Shown here: positions 8,203 through 19,221 of the stretch, piece by piece
How positions within the stretch are numbered: the stretch's first letter is position 1
Layout of the letters: each line of letters starts with the position of its first letter
From: a virus
Length of the DNA: 21,838 nt
Direction: 5' to 3' (one strand)
Virus record (IMG/VR): IMGVR_UViG_3300023371_000434
Notes under the pieces: model-generated
Database searches by the model: none
Told to the model about the DNA's origin: nothing
The model's input: only the letters and a program-made list of their open reading frames with translations
Program-made: the position numbers and the translations under genes

Positions 8203-8397
8203 TTATAAATTTTTTTCATTTTCTCCATAAAGATACTTCAATATAGCGTCATGTACAAGCCCTGTAAAGGTTTTGTTTTCTGCTTTTAATTTAACATCTA
8301 ATTCTTCCCATAATTCTTTATCTATTTTTACTAATCTACTTGTTTTAGTTTCTTTTTCTTTTTCCCATTCTTTTTTATAATCTCTTTTCACTTCCAT
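8203..8397 (-). CDS. ribbon-helix-helix (CopG/Arc-like) DNA-binding protein
   Basis: 64 aa. The segment SRLVKIDKELWEELDVKLKAENKTFTGLVHDAILKYL fits the beta-strand, helix, helix pattern of RHH regulators. An AAGGAGG SD is present. Confidence 0.6.
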   Translation of the reverse strand: MEVKRDYKKEWEKEKETKTSRLVKIDKELWEELDVKLKAENKTFTGLVHDAILKYLYGENEKNL

Positions 8398-8470
8398 ACA
8401 AAAGCCTCCTTGCTTTTTTTATATTATTATATTATAATTATATTTGCAAGAGGGCTTTCGCCCTCTCGGT

Positions 8471-8590
8471 TTATTCAAAGTCTTGTAAGATTAGTTTAAT
8501 CTGTTCTCGATTATGCTGTTCTCTTACTTGTCTTTGTTTTTGTGCTTGTCTATGTGCTAGATAGATAAGCACTTTTTTTATTAGTTTCAT
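8471..8590 (-). CDS. 39-aa basic helical peptide (hypothetical)
   Basis: My own translation is MKLIKKVLIYLAHRQAQKQRQVREQHNREQIKLILQDFE. It has a GAGGTGAGGG SD and is the first ORF after a consensus promoter. It is below the ORF track cutoff. Confidence 0.35.
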   Translation of the reverse strand: MKLIKKVLIYLAHRQAQKQRQVREQHNREQIKLILQDFE

Positions 8591-8615
8591 TTCCCTCACC
8601 TCACTTTCTGTATAT

Positions 8616-8644
8616 ATTATACACTACGTATATACGTATGTCAA
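8616..8644 (-). promoter_or_regulatory. consensus sigma-70 promoter with a palindromic spacer
   Basis: On the minus strand: TTGACA (8644-8639), a 17-nt spacer, then TATAAT (8621-8616). The spacer contains the perfect 14-bp palindrome TACGTATATACGTA (8625-8638). Confidence 0.7.
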
Positions 8645-8670
8645 TACTTTTTATAAACTTTTTTTAATAT

Positions 8671-8703
8671 TTTTAAAAAGCCTACAGTTTATGGAACTGT
8701 AAG
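8671..8703 (-). terminator. rho-independent terminator after the late-activator gene
   Basis: On the minus strand: CTTACAGTT-CCATA-AACTGTAGG (one G-U pair) followed by CTTTTTAAAA. Confidence 0.7.
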
Positions 8704-8710
8704 CTCTATT

Positions 8711-9133
8711 TTATATCTCTCCAAACTCTTTGGCTGTCATATATATAACTTTATTCATTGTATTGTAATATGTATCTTTAGATATTCCGTTATTCATTTG
8801 TGTATATATTTGATTTTTACCTTCTTTAAAAATCAATTCTACAACTTCCATTTCTTCTGGTATTAATCTTTTATAAACTTTTTCTATAGCTCTTATTTTC
8901 TTTTCTATTGTTATCATTCTTCTCGTACTAGTTTGTTCTATTATTTTTACAGCTTTTCTTTCAGTTGGATTTCCTGTAGCATTTCCTTTAGGTTGTCCGT
9001 CTGGTGGTAATGCAGATTCTTCTATAATCTCTTTTTCTAATTCTTCAAATTCTTTACAATTATCCCAATATTGATATAATTCATTCTTCACGTATTCTCT
9101 TATTTTGTAGGGTATCTTGTACTGTTTCCTCAT
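8711..9133 (-). CDS. RinA/ArpU-family phage late-gene transcriptional activator (sigma region-4-like)
   Basis: 140 aa. It has N-terminal Y..W, a central PPDGQPKGNATGNPTERKA loop and a C-terminal IEKVYKRLIPEEMEVVELIF...Y segment. It sits between the early genes and the packaging module. Confidence 0.65.
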   Translation of the reverse strand: MRKQYKIPYKIREYVKNELYQYWDNCKEFEELEKEIIEESALPPDGQPKGNATGNPTERKAVKIIEQTSTRRMITIEKKIRAIEKVYKRLIPEEMEVVELIFKEGKNQIYTQMNNGISKDTYYNTMNKVIYMTAKEFGEI

Positions 9134-9148
9134 ACTCTTCCTCCTTTG

Positions 9149-9403
9149 TTACTTAATAAGATTTATAAGCACTTTTATTTTACTTATCTCTACTGTTGTA
9201 TCAGCCCAACCTCTTCTTTCTGCTTCTTCTACCAGTGCTATTATCTCCTGTATTATTTTCTCTGTATCATCAAAAGCACATCCTCTGCATCCCATTTTTT
9301 CTACATTACAACTTGATTGTTCTTTTCCTGTGCATTTCATATACTCTCTCCTTTCGTATATCTTACTTCTTTTTAATTCTTTTAGCATTTGTTCTATGTT
9401 CAT
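9149..9403 (-). CDS. hypothetical protein
   Basis: 84-aa ORF on the operon strand containing a CNVEKMGCRGC Cys cluster. Confidence 0.5.
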   Translation of the reverse strand: MNIEQMLKELKRSKIYERREYMKCTGKEQSSCNVEKMGCRGCAFDDTEKIIQEIIALVEEAERRGWADTTVEISKIKVLINLIK

Positions 9404-9418
9404 TTGCTATTCTCCTCT

Positions 9419-9526
9419 TTAAAAATCTTTTACCATTTTATATACTACATATATTCCTAACCCCATTATTGCTATTGTAAATATTATAAGTGCTATTATA
9501 AAAATTGTTGCTACTATATCTAACAT
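9419..9526 (-). CDS. 35-aa single-pass membrane peptide (hypothetical)
   Basis: My own translation is MLDIVATIFIIALIIFTIAIMGLGIYVVYKMVKDF. It is below the ORF track cutoff. Confidence 0.35.
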   Translation of the reverse strand: MLDIVATIFIIALIIFTIAIMGLGIYVVYKMVKDF

Positions 9527-9530
9527 ATCT

Positions 9531-9668
9531 TTATCTCTCCTCTCTAAATATATTTTTTAGTATTTTCTTTAATTTGCCTTTTCTTTTCTCTTTTAGGCTT
9601 TCCACATATTGTTGTATATCTTCTTTTGTTACAATCAAATCAAATTCATCCATCCATTCTGCATACAT
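9531..9668 (-). CDS. 45-aa hypothetical protein
   Basis: My own translation is MYAEWMDEFDLIVTKEDIQQYVESLKEKRKGKLKKILKNIFREER. An AAGGAGTG SD is present. Confidence 0.4.
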   Translation of the reverse strand: MYAEWMDEFDLIVTKEDIQQYVESLKEKRKGKLKKILKNIFREER

Positions 9669-9675
9669 ATTTGTA

Positions 9676-10016
9676 TCACTCCTTATTTATTTTTTTATCT
9701 AGTTGTTTTACTGCTTTAATAAGTTCATTTATTTTATTAAAATGATTTTTCATTGATTCTCTTGTATCAAAAACTGTATTTGGTTTTAATTCTTCAATAG
9801 CTTGTATATCTATATCTTGTTTTTCTTCTATTAATTCAAATTCTGCATTTGCAATATGTTCATCTGTCCAATGTAACATTAAAGGTTCATCACCTTCATA
9901 AATAGTAAATCCATCAAATTCACATATTGTATCTTTGTATCTTAATTTAGTCCCGTTTTGTTATTTCTTTTTCTGCAATCATTCTTAATATTTCCCATCC
10001 GTTTATATGTTTTCAT
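9676..10016 (-). CDS. hypothetical ~112-aa protein, requires two +1 shifts at CGG 10001..9999 and 9955..9953
   Basis: ATG 10016 is preceded by AAGGGGAG. The reading is MKTYK, CGG, then +1: [18 protein letters not shown], then +1: [33 protein letters not shown]... This joins the 9676..9879 track ORF. Confidence 0.55.
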
Positions 10017-10375
10017 TCCATTTTCTCCCCTTTCCTCTTGGTTTTGCTAAACCTGTTCTATATGCGTGTTTTTCATTTTCACTTTGATTACACCATTCCA
10101 AATTATCTATCCTATTATTAGTTTTATCTCCATCTTTGTGATTTACTTGAGGTTTATTCATAACATTTGCAATAAAGTATTGTGCAACTAAAATATGTAC
10201 TTTTTTAGTTTTATGTATGTTATTTATACTTAAACCTACTGTATGATAACCATATCTATTTGGAGTTGATTTTAATATTTTTTCTTTTCCGAATTTTAAG
10301 GATTTAACTCTGCCTAAATTACTTATTTGATATATGCCTTCATATCCGTTTTATATCTCGCCATTCTTCTTCCAA
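10003..10375 (-). CDS. NUMOD4 + HNH_3 homing endonuclease, requires +1 shift at CGG 10348..10346
   Basis: TTG 10375 follows GGAGG plus 7 nt. The reading is [12 protein letters not shown], then +1: [17 protein letters not shown]...[28 protein letters not shown]. The shift is confined to about 10 nt between a TAA in the downstream frame and a TGA in the upstream frame. Confidence 0.7.
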
Positions 10376-10377
10376 GT

Positions 10378-10542
10378 CTATTCCTCCACTTCTTTAACAT
10401 CGAAACCTTCTCGCTCCAATGCTTCTTTTAATTCCTCTTCTGTTGTTCCTACTACTCCTAAATACATATCTTTAAATATGTCTGCAATTGTTTCTATTTC
10501 AAATTCATCACATTCTACTTCGTATTTTCCAAATATATACAA
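10378..10542 (-). CDS. 54-aa acidic hypothetical protein (TTG start)
   Basis: GAGGAGG plus 7 nt, then TTG. The translation is MYIFGKYEVECDEFEIETIADIFKDMYLGVVGTTEEELKEALEREGFDVKEVEE. Confidence 0.4.
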   Translation of the reverse strand: MYIFGKYEVECDEFEIETIADIFKDMYLGVVGTTEEELKEALEREGFDVKEVEE

Positions 10543-10544
10543 CT

Positions 10545-10758
10545 CTATTCCTCCTCATAATAATCATCTTCAAAAAATCCCAATTTGTATTCTTCCTCAA
10601 ACGTTAATAGTTTACCATTTTTGTAAACATCAAATGCACAATGACCATTATCATAAGACCATAACCAATTTTGTCTAAACCATCTTAATATCTTATCTAT
10701 ACTTTCATTTTTATAACTATCAATTTTACAATGATACTGCCAAATATCAATTTTCCAT
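10545..10758 (-). CDS. hypothetical protein with an unresolved start
   Basis: The open frame reads WKIDIWQYHCKIDSYKNESIDKILRWFRQNWLWSYDNGHCAFDVYKNGKLLTFEEEYKLGFFEDDYYEEE. The SD-associated ATG (10758) is in another frame and reads ATG GAA AAT TGA. See the findings. Confidence 0.4.
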
Positions 10759-11010
10759 TATTCCTCCTTTACTTTTTCTACTAGTCCTGCTTGGATTAGG
10801 TCAGTTAAAAGTTCTTTTTGATATTCTTCCCAACTACTTCCGCAAAAATCTTCAATGCATATAAAAATTGTTCTATCTTTATATATTGCTATGTAATCGT
10901 TGTATTCTAAGTCTTTAATATAAGCTTTGTGGCAAGCATCATCTAATCCTAATCTATATCCAAACTTCTCTAATTCTTTTAAATCTACTCCGTTCTTTTA
11001 TCTTTAACAT
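10758..11010 (-). CDS. hypothetical ~83-aa protein, requires +1 shift at CGG 10992..10990
   Basis: ATG 11010 follows AAGGAGG. The reading is MLKIKE, CGG, then +1: GVDLKELEKFGYRLGLDDACHKAYIKDLEYNDYIAIYKDRTIFICIEDFCGSSWEEYQKELLTDLIQAGLVEKVKEE. Confidence 0.55.
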
Positions 11011-11423
11011 ATTTCCTCCTTTACTTTATAACAGTTAGCTTCAAACAATTCTTTTGTTAGTATTGTTTTGATATCAGCTTGATATATGTAATATTTCATA
11101 TCTGTTCCTTTAAATTGTGCTGTTCTGTATTGTGTCACTAACTTTCTTCCTCTATATTCTTCTGTTCCATCATCTAATGTTTCCCAATATTCAATTATAT
11201 CTATTACTAATTCACCATTCACATAGTCTCCTATTTTTGTTAAATCTATTGTATTAAATGAGTGTGTCTCTATGTCTTCTAATGTATGTACTCCATTTAC
11301 TAGTAGCACGTTACGTTTTCTATATCCAAAACCTTTTTCTTTTCTTGTTTCTGGTGTATTTACAGTTTTTACTTTTCTTATTAATCCTTTTTTAGTTCTA
11401 TAATACTCTCCTACTTCTATCAT
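11004..11423 (-). CDS. hypothetical protein
   Basis: 139-aa ORF on the operon strand with an AGGAGGAAATATG start context. Confidence 0.55.
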   Translation of the reverse strand: MIEVGEYYRTKKGLIRKVKTVNTPETRKEKGFGYRKRNVLLVNGVHTLEDIETHSFNTIDLTKIGDYVNGELVIDIIEYWETLDDGTEEYRGRKLVTQYRTAQFKGTDMKYYIYQADIKTILTKELFEANCYKVKEEIC

Positions 11424-11569
11424 ATTTCCTCCTTATATAAACCTTTTCCACAATTATAGCCACCATACATGCAAAGCATTGCAAGTATAAATGCATTTTG
11501 AGTTTTATTAAATATAATGATTCCAACTATAATTTCAACTATTCCAAATATAAAATCCATATATTTCAT
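11420..11569 (-). CDS. 49-aa membrane peptide (hypothetical)
   Basis: My own translation is MKYMDFIFGIVEIIVGIIIFNKTQNAFILAMLCMYGGYNCGKGLYKEEI. It has a GGAGGA SD and an ATGA overlap with the next gene. Confidence 0.35.
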   Translation of the reverse strand: MKYMDFIFGIVEIIVGIIIFNKTQNAFILAMLCMYGGYNCGKGLYKEEI

Positions 11570-11582
11570 CTCATATTTCCTC

Positions 11583-11810
11583 CTATCTCATACCTTCAAA
11601 TTCTATATATCCTTCACGTTTTAATTTATTTAGTTTCTTGTCCATTTCTCTAAATCTTTCTTCTATTTTAATTACTTCTTTCTCTTCCAACATCTTCAAT
11701 ATCTCTTCCTTTGCTTTTATAAACTCTGCACTGTAACATATTGAATTTATGTATTTGTTATATATTATGTGTTTATCTAAGTTGTTTAAGATTTCTATTA
11801 TTTCGTTCAT
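11583..11810 (-). CDS. hypothetical protein
   Basis: I trimmed the track ORF to MNEIIEIL..., which is preceded by GGGAGG and overlaps the upstream stop in an ATGA arrangement. Confidence 0.5.
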   Translation of the reverse strand: MNEIIEILNNLDKHIIYNKYINSICYSAEFIKAKEEILKMLEEKEVIKIEERFREMDKKLNKLKREGYIEFEGMR

Positions 11811-12094
11811 GTTGTTTCCTCCCATCCAATTGCTAGTCTGATATACTTTATAACGTCATCTTCTTGCATAATTTTATTTTCAATAACTCTTTTAGAATAT
11901 TTGTCTATTCCTTCCATAACTTTTTTATTGAACTTATTTTCTTTTGCATTATCTTCTAATCTCATTAAGAACCATTTAAACATTTTTAACATAACTGTTT
12001 TTGGCATTTGTTCATCTTGTTGTTTTAACCAATCGTCAAATGTTTGTTGATTTTCAAAGCCTTCTATAAAAATGTTTTTTGAAACTTGTATCAT
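11807..12094 (-). CDS. hypothetical protein
   Basis: I trimmed the track ORF to MIQVSKNIF..., which is preceded by a strong AAAAAGGAGG SD. The upstream 36 codons run through the iteron region. Confidence 0.5.
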   Translation of the reverse strand: MIQVSKNIFIEGFENQQTFDDWLKQQDEQMPKTVMLKMFKWFLMRLEDNAKENKFNKKVMEGIDKYSKRVIENKIMQEDDVIKYIRLAIGWEETT

Positions 12095-12164
12095 TTTTAC
12101 CTCCTTTTTAATGGTAACGGACTTGTTAACTGTGTAAAAACTTCTTAAATCTTTAGAGCTGTAA

Positions 12165-14404
<2,240 letters not shown>

Positions 14405-14468
14405 TTATTACACCTGCCTTTTCTTTTGAGTAAAGGCAGCACAATTCCACTTATGCTGCCTCTTATTT

Positions 14469-14972
14469 CTAGCCCCAACCTAAATCTTCTTTTATTTCAT
14501 CTGATTCAGTAACAGGTATATTTGCTTTTTTGAATTTTTCTGCAATTTTAAAAGTTTTAAATCCTTTTTTATTTTTTCCATATTCAAGTGCATATTCTTC
14601 ATTAACAATTTTTTCATATATATTTAGTAACAAAATATTGTAATTTGCATAACCTTTAAATTCTACTATTTCGTCTGTTTCTAAACTTCTTAAAAACTCA
14701 TTAACAACATGTATTTGAAATCCTTCTCTTACTAATTGATTCATAAATATTAATCTTCCTTGATTTTTTCCATTTAATATTTCAAACCAAGTTGTTACCA
14801 TAGGGTCTCCTTTTTTAGATTGTCCTAATTCTAATTTTGTAATTTTAACTTCATATGTTCCTTCTTCAACTTCGTCATATTCTCCAAATTCTCTTGTTGA
14901 TGCATCTTGTACATCTTTCTCTAATCCTTCTATATCTACTTTACTATCAAATTCTTCCCAATTAATTGCCAT
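14469..14972 (-). CDS. DUF669-like protein (putative ssDNA-binding/recombination accessory)
   Basis: 167 aa, immediately downstream of and overlapping an AAA_24 ATPase. This is the usual Sak4-type gene pairing. Confidence 0.5.
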   Translation of the reverse strand: MAINWEEFDSKVDIEGLEKDVQDASTREFGEYDEVEEGTYEVKITKLELGQSKKGDPMVTTWFEILNGKNQGRLIFMNQLVREGFQIHVVNEFLRSLETDEIVEFKGYANYNILLLNIYEKIVNEEYALEYGKNKKGFKTFKIAEKFKKANIPVTESDEIKEDLGWG

Positions 14973-15697
14973 TATTTTTTACCTCCATTTATAAATTCTT
15001 TTTTAAATTCTTCCACATTTAGTGGTATTCTAGTTTGTTGTAAACCTATTCTGTTTCCACCAAACACATAATCGTTATATGTAAAATCTAAATATCTTTT
15101 ATTATCATTATCTAGAATTACTCTTGCTGTAATATCTACCATTCCAGCTAGTTTTTTTGCTATTTTTTCTTGTAGGTTTACAGTGTAACTTGTAATACTT
15201 GTACCATTTTTAAAATTTACTTCTTCTACTTTGTCATGACTTAGTAAAACAATGTTATAATCACTGTTAATAATTCTTTTTATTATTGTTAAAAATTCTG
15301 TTTTAATCATGTCATAACCTTTTCCATATCCCGCATCTGATTCATGTTCTATTTCTAGTTTGTTATACATATAAACTCTACATGCTTCATATACATCTTC
15401 TATTAAATCTATAACTATTGTTTTGTAAGAGTGATTTCCTGCTATTATTTCATCTACTGCTTCTTTAAAAACTTCCCAAGCAAATTTTACTTTTTTTATT
15501 CTTCCCTCCATACTTACTTCATCTCTTATTGCTATATATGGAGCATCTACATATTGTATATTTCCATCTGTATTTAATATCAATGGTTCTGGAAATCCGT
15601 TAGCAAAAGTTGTTTTTCCACTCATAGGACTTCCATATAAATATAATTTTACTTTTTTAGATGCCTGAACATCTCTTTTTTTATTTTCTGGTAACAT
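14972..15697 (-). CDS. AAA_24 / Sak4-like RecA-type ATPase
   Basis: Walker A motif YLYGSPMSGKTTFA and Walker B-like VIDLIED. Its size and context fit the family. Confidence 0.75.
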   Translation of the reverse strand: MLPENKKRDVQASKKVKLYLYGSPMSGKTTFANGFPEPLILNTDGNIQYVDAPYIAIRDEVSMEGRIKKVKFAWEVFKEAVDEIIAGNHSYKTIVIDLIEDVYEACRVYMYNKLEIEHESDAGYGKGYDMIKTEFLTIIKRIINSDYNIVLLSHDKVEEVNFKNGTSITSYTVNLQEKIAKKLAGMVDITARVILDNDNKRYLDFTYNDYVFGGNRIGLQQTRIPLNVEEFKKEFINGGKK

Positions 15698-15709
15698 CTT
15701 ATTTCCTCC

Positions 15710-16749
<1,040 letters not shown>

Positions 16750-16750
<1 letters not shown>

Positions 16751-17100
16751 TAGTCCTCCAATTCATCAATACTAAGTTGTTTATTAATTTTTTCAACAAA
16801 TACTTCGTTAGTTTCTTCATTAATTTTTAACTCATAGTCATATCCGACACTACCTTTATTTGTATTTTTAGTTTCTTTTATTTTTTCGCTTATTGAATAA
16901 TCAATTCTAGGTTCTTCCCATTCGATGTATTCGCCTTCCTCTGTTGTATCTCCGAAGTGAGAACTATCTAAATTTATCTTCAAATTAATTTCTGCTTCTC
17001 TTTTTCCTGTAACAACGATATTCATAAGTCTATTCAATATAATTTCCAGTTGATCCCTCATAGGTTTTAATAATTCACTATCTAAATCTAATTTTTGCAT
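16750..17100 (-). CDS. hypothetical acidic protein
   Basis: I trimmed the track ORF to MQKLDLDSELL..., which is preceded by AAGGAGG and lies 1 nt after the helicase stop. Confidence 0.5.
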
Positions 17101-17101
17101 T

Positions 17102-18331
17102 TTATAATTCCTCCTTTTTAAATAATTCATCTGTATAGTCTTTTCTTTGTTTCAATGTTTCAAGTATTTTTTCTTCAATTGAATTTTCAGTAATTAAGTA
17201 ATAATACATACAATTATTTTTTTGCCCTATACGATGAATACGTTTCTTCGATTGTTCAAATAATTCTGAACTTAGAGGCAAACTAAAATAAATTATTTTA
17301 TTTGCCTTTTGTAAGTTTAGTCCGGTTGCTCCTGCTTGATATTGTACAAATGTTACACTGTTATTGTATTTTTCATAATGCGTTAAGTCTTTCATATCTC
17401 CACAAACTATGCTTATATTCTTTTCTGTACATAATCTAGTAATCAATTTTCTTTCTTCATTAAAATTGTAAAAAATTATAAGTCTGTCATCTGTAGATTC
17501 TATTATGTCTTTAAGTGCTTGTAATTTATTTTTATTGTATTGTGCTGCTAATTGTCTTAAATATAAGAGCCTTGTAAGTGATGTGTCTCCAATTAGTTGT
17601 TTATCATCTAAAGTAATAAGTCTATCTGTCTTAAATCTCTTATATTCTTTTGTGTTTTCAACTTTTACTACATTATCGATTTGTTCTGGAAGTTCTATTG
17701 CTTCCTCTGTTTTCATGAATACTGCACCGTATTGAGCTAACCTTTGTTTTAAATGTTCAGTATTTTTATAACCTGTTACTTTAGGCATTTTATAACCATT
17801 TATTGGTATTAATATGTAATTTATATACATATTCCAAAATGTCTCTTTAGTAATTTTCCATCCTAACAATTTGCATTGTGTTAATAATTCTTCATATTTT
17901 CCTCCAGTTGGAGTTCCACTACATAAAATTAAATTTTTGAAATTTAAATTCATAATAAATTTTGTTCTTGATGCTTTTGAATTTTTTATGAACTGAGATT
18001 CATCTAAAATCAATGTGTAATTATTTAATCCTAGAAATTCTGATCTCCTCCATATTAAATCATAGTTTATTATCACTACTGTTTTATTTAATAATTGGTC
18101 TGGTAGATTATAAGTAAATACCTGGTATTCTGAATAATACTTTTTTATATGCATTTCCCATATTGAAACAACAGATTTTGGACAAACAATAACTACTAAA
18201 TTATCATTAAGTTCTTTCATTTTTTCTGATGCAACAAATGTCTTTCCTAATCCCATATCCAGATACAAAGCGCATCTAGTTTTTTCTTTTATCTGATTCA
18301 ACACTTGCTTTTGATGTGGATATAAGTCCAT
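17102..18331 (-). CDS. SNF2-family helicase
   Basis: Contains LYPHQ, DMGLGKT (motif I), LILDESQFIKN (motif II), SGTP (motif III) and RIHRIGQ (motif VI). Confidence 0.9.
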   Translation of the reverse strand: MDLYPHQKQVLNQIKEKTRCALYLDMGLGKTFVASEKMKELNDNLVVIVCPKSVVSIWEMHIKKYYSEYQVFTYNLPDQLLNKTVVIINYDLIWRRSEFLGLNNYTLILDESQFIKNSKASRTKFIMNLNFKNLILCSGTPTGGKYEELLTQCKLLGWKITKETFWNMYINYILIPINGYKMPKVTGYKNTEHLKQRLAQYGAVFMKTEEAIELPEQIDNVVKVENTKEYKRFKTDRLITLDDKQLIGDTSLTRLLYLRQLAAQYNKNKLQALKDIIESTDDRLIIFYNFNEERKLITRLCTEKNISIVCGDMKDLTHYEKYNNSVTFVQYQAGATGLNLQKANKIIYFSLPLSSELFEQSKKRIHRIGQKNNCMYYYLITENSIEEKILETLKQRKDYTDELFKKEEL

Positions 18332-18467
18332 TTTTTTCCTCCTTCAACTGGTTTATTTTTCGCCTTAATTCATCTGCAAACCTATAATCACTGCTATCCC
18401 AACAATCTTGCATTTGTAGCATAAAATATCTTCGCTCTAATTCTTCTAGTGTTTCTGGCATTGTCAT
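18276..18467 (-). CDS. hypothetical protein
   Basis: 63-aa ORF with an AAGGAGA SD. Its 3' end overlaps the helicase start by 56 nt. Confidence 0.45.
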   Translation of the reverse strand: MTMPETLEELERRYFMLQMQDCWDSSDYRFADELRRKINQLKEEKNGLISTSKASVESDKRKN

Positions 18468-18543
18468 TTCTCCTTTGACATATTTGTTTTTTCGTGTTAT
18501 ACTAAAACAAATATGAATTATTTTTTATGTTCTTATTTTTGAG

Positions 18544-18783
18544 TTAGTTTGTTGATTGGTAGTCGGAAACTAGCTCTTTTACTTTGTCTAATCTAACTTT
18601 TGGATTATTGTAATTATTGCTTTCTACTAGAATAATAATTTCATTTATTAAGTTCTTATCTTTCTTGTGTGTTTTTTCTTGACAATGTATAAAATAATCT
18701 CTTTCTGCTTTTTCATTTTCCAATGTTCTTACTGCTCTTGCTAATTCTAAACATCTTGATTCTAATTCTCTTTTTTTAGGCAT
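18544..18783 (-). CDS. hypothetical protein
   Basis: 79-aa ORF with an AGGAGGAATAAGGATG start context. Confidence 0.5.
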   Translation of the reverse strand: MPKKRELESRCLELARAVRTLENEKAERDYFIHCQEKTHKKDKNLINEIIILVESNNYNNPKVRLDKVKELVSDYQSTN

Positions 18784-18798
18784 CCTTATTCCTCCTTT

Positions 18799-18900
18799 CT
18801 ATAAACCTAATATATTACAAGCTAGTCCATATAATAGACAGCCTAATATTGGTAATGTTATACATGATGTTCCTTTTAAAATTTCTTTTATCTTTTTCAT
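18799..18900 (-). CDS. 33-aa membrane peptide (hypothetical)
   Basis: My own translation is MKKIKEILKGTSCITLPILGCLLYGLACNILGL. An AAGGAG SD is present. Confidence 0.3.
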   Translation of the reverse strand: MKKIKEILKGTSCITLPILGCLLYGLACNILGL

Positions 18901-18913
18901 TTGTAACTCCTTT

Positions 18914-19198
18914 CTAAACTACTTTGTTTAGTTCTAAATTGATTTTTCTCTTTTGAAAGTCTACGTTTATTGTTTTACTTCTTGTTTTTCTTTTTATAGG
19001 TTTAATTTCTAATGTTTCTTGTGATTCTAATGTCTTTATTTCTACAAATTCTTTTATGTCTTTTGGGGCAAATCTATAATCTTTCGCTCCAATTTTGAAA
19101 CACTTTAAACCTTCATTTATAAACTTTATTATTGTTCTTGTGTCTTTTACTTTGAAGTATTGCTTTACTTCTTCCATTGTTAATAATGTTTCTTCCAT
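18914..19198 (-). CDS. excisionase-like / MerR-type HTH DNA-binding protein
   Basis: The segment LLTMEEVKQYFKVKDTRTIIKFINEGLKCFKIGAKDYRF matches the excisionase-family helix-turn-helix pattern. It lies next to the cro-like gene. Confidence 0.55.
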   Translation of the reverse strand: MEETLLTMEEVKQYFKVKDTRTIIKFINEGLKCFKIGAKDYRFAPKDIKEFVEIKTLESQETLEIKPIKRKTRSKTINVDFQKRKINLELNKVV

Positions 19199-19221
19199 AT
19201 TTGCCCTCCTTTTTATCAGTT

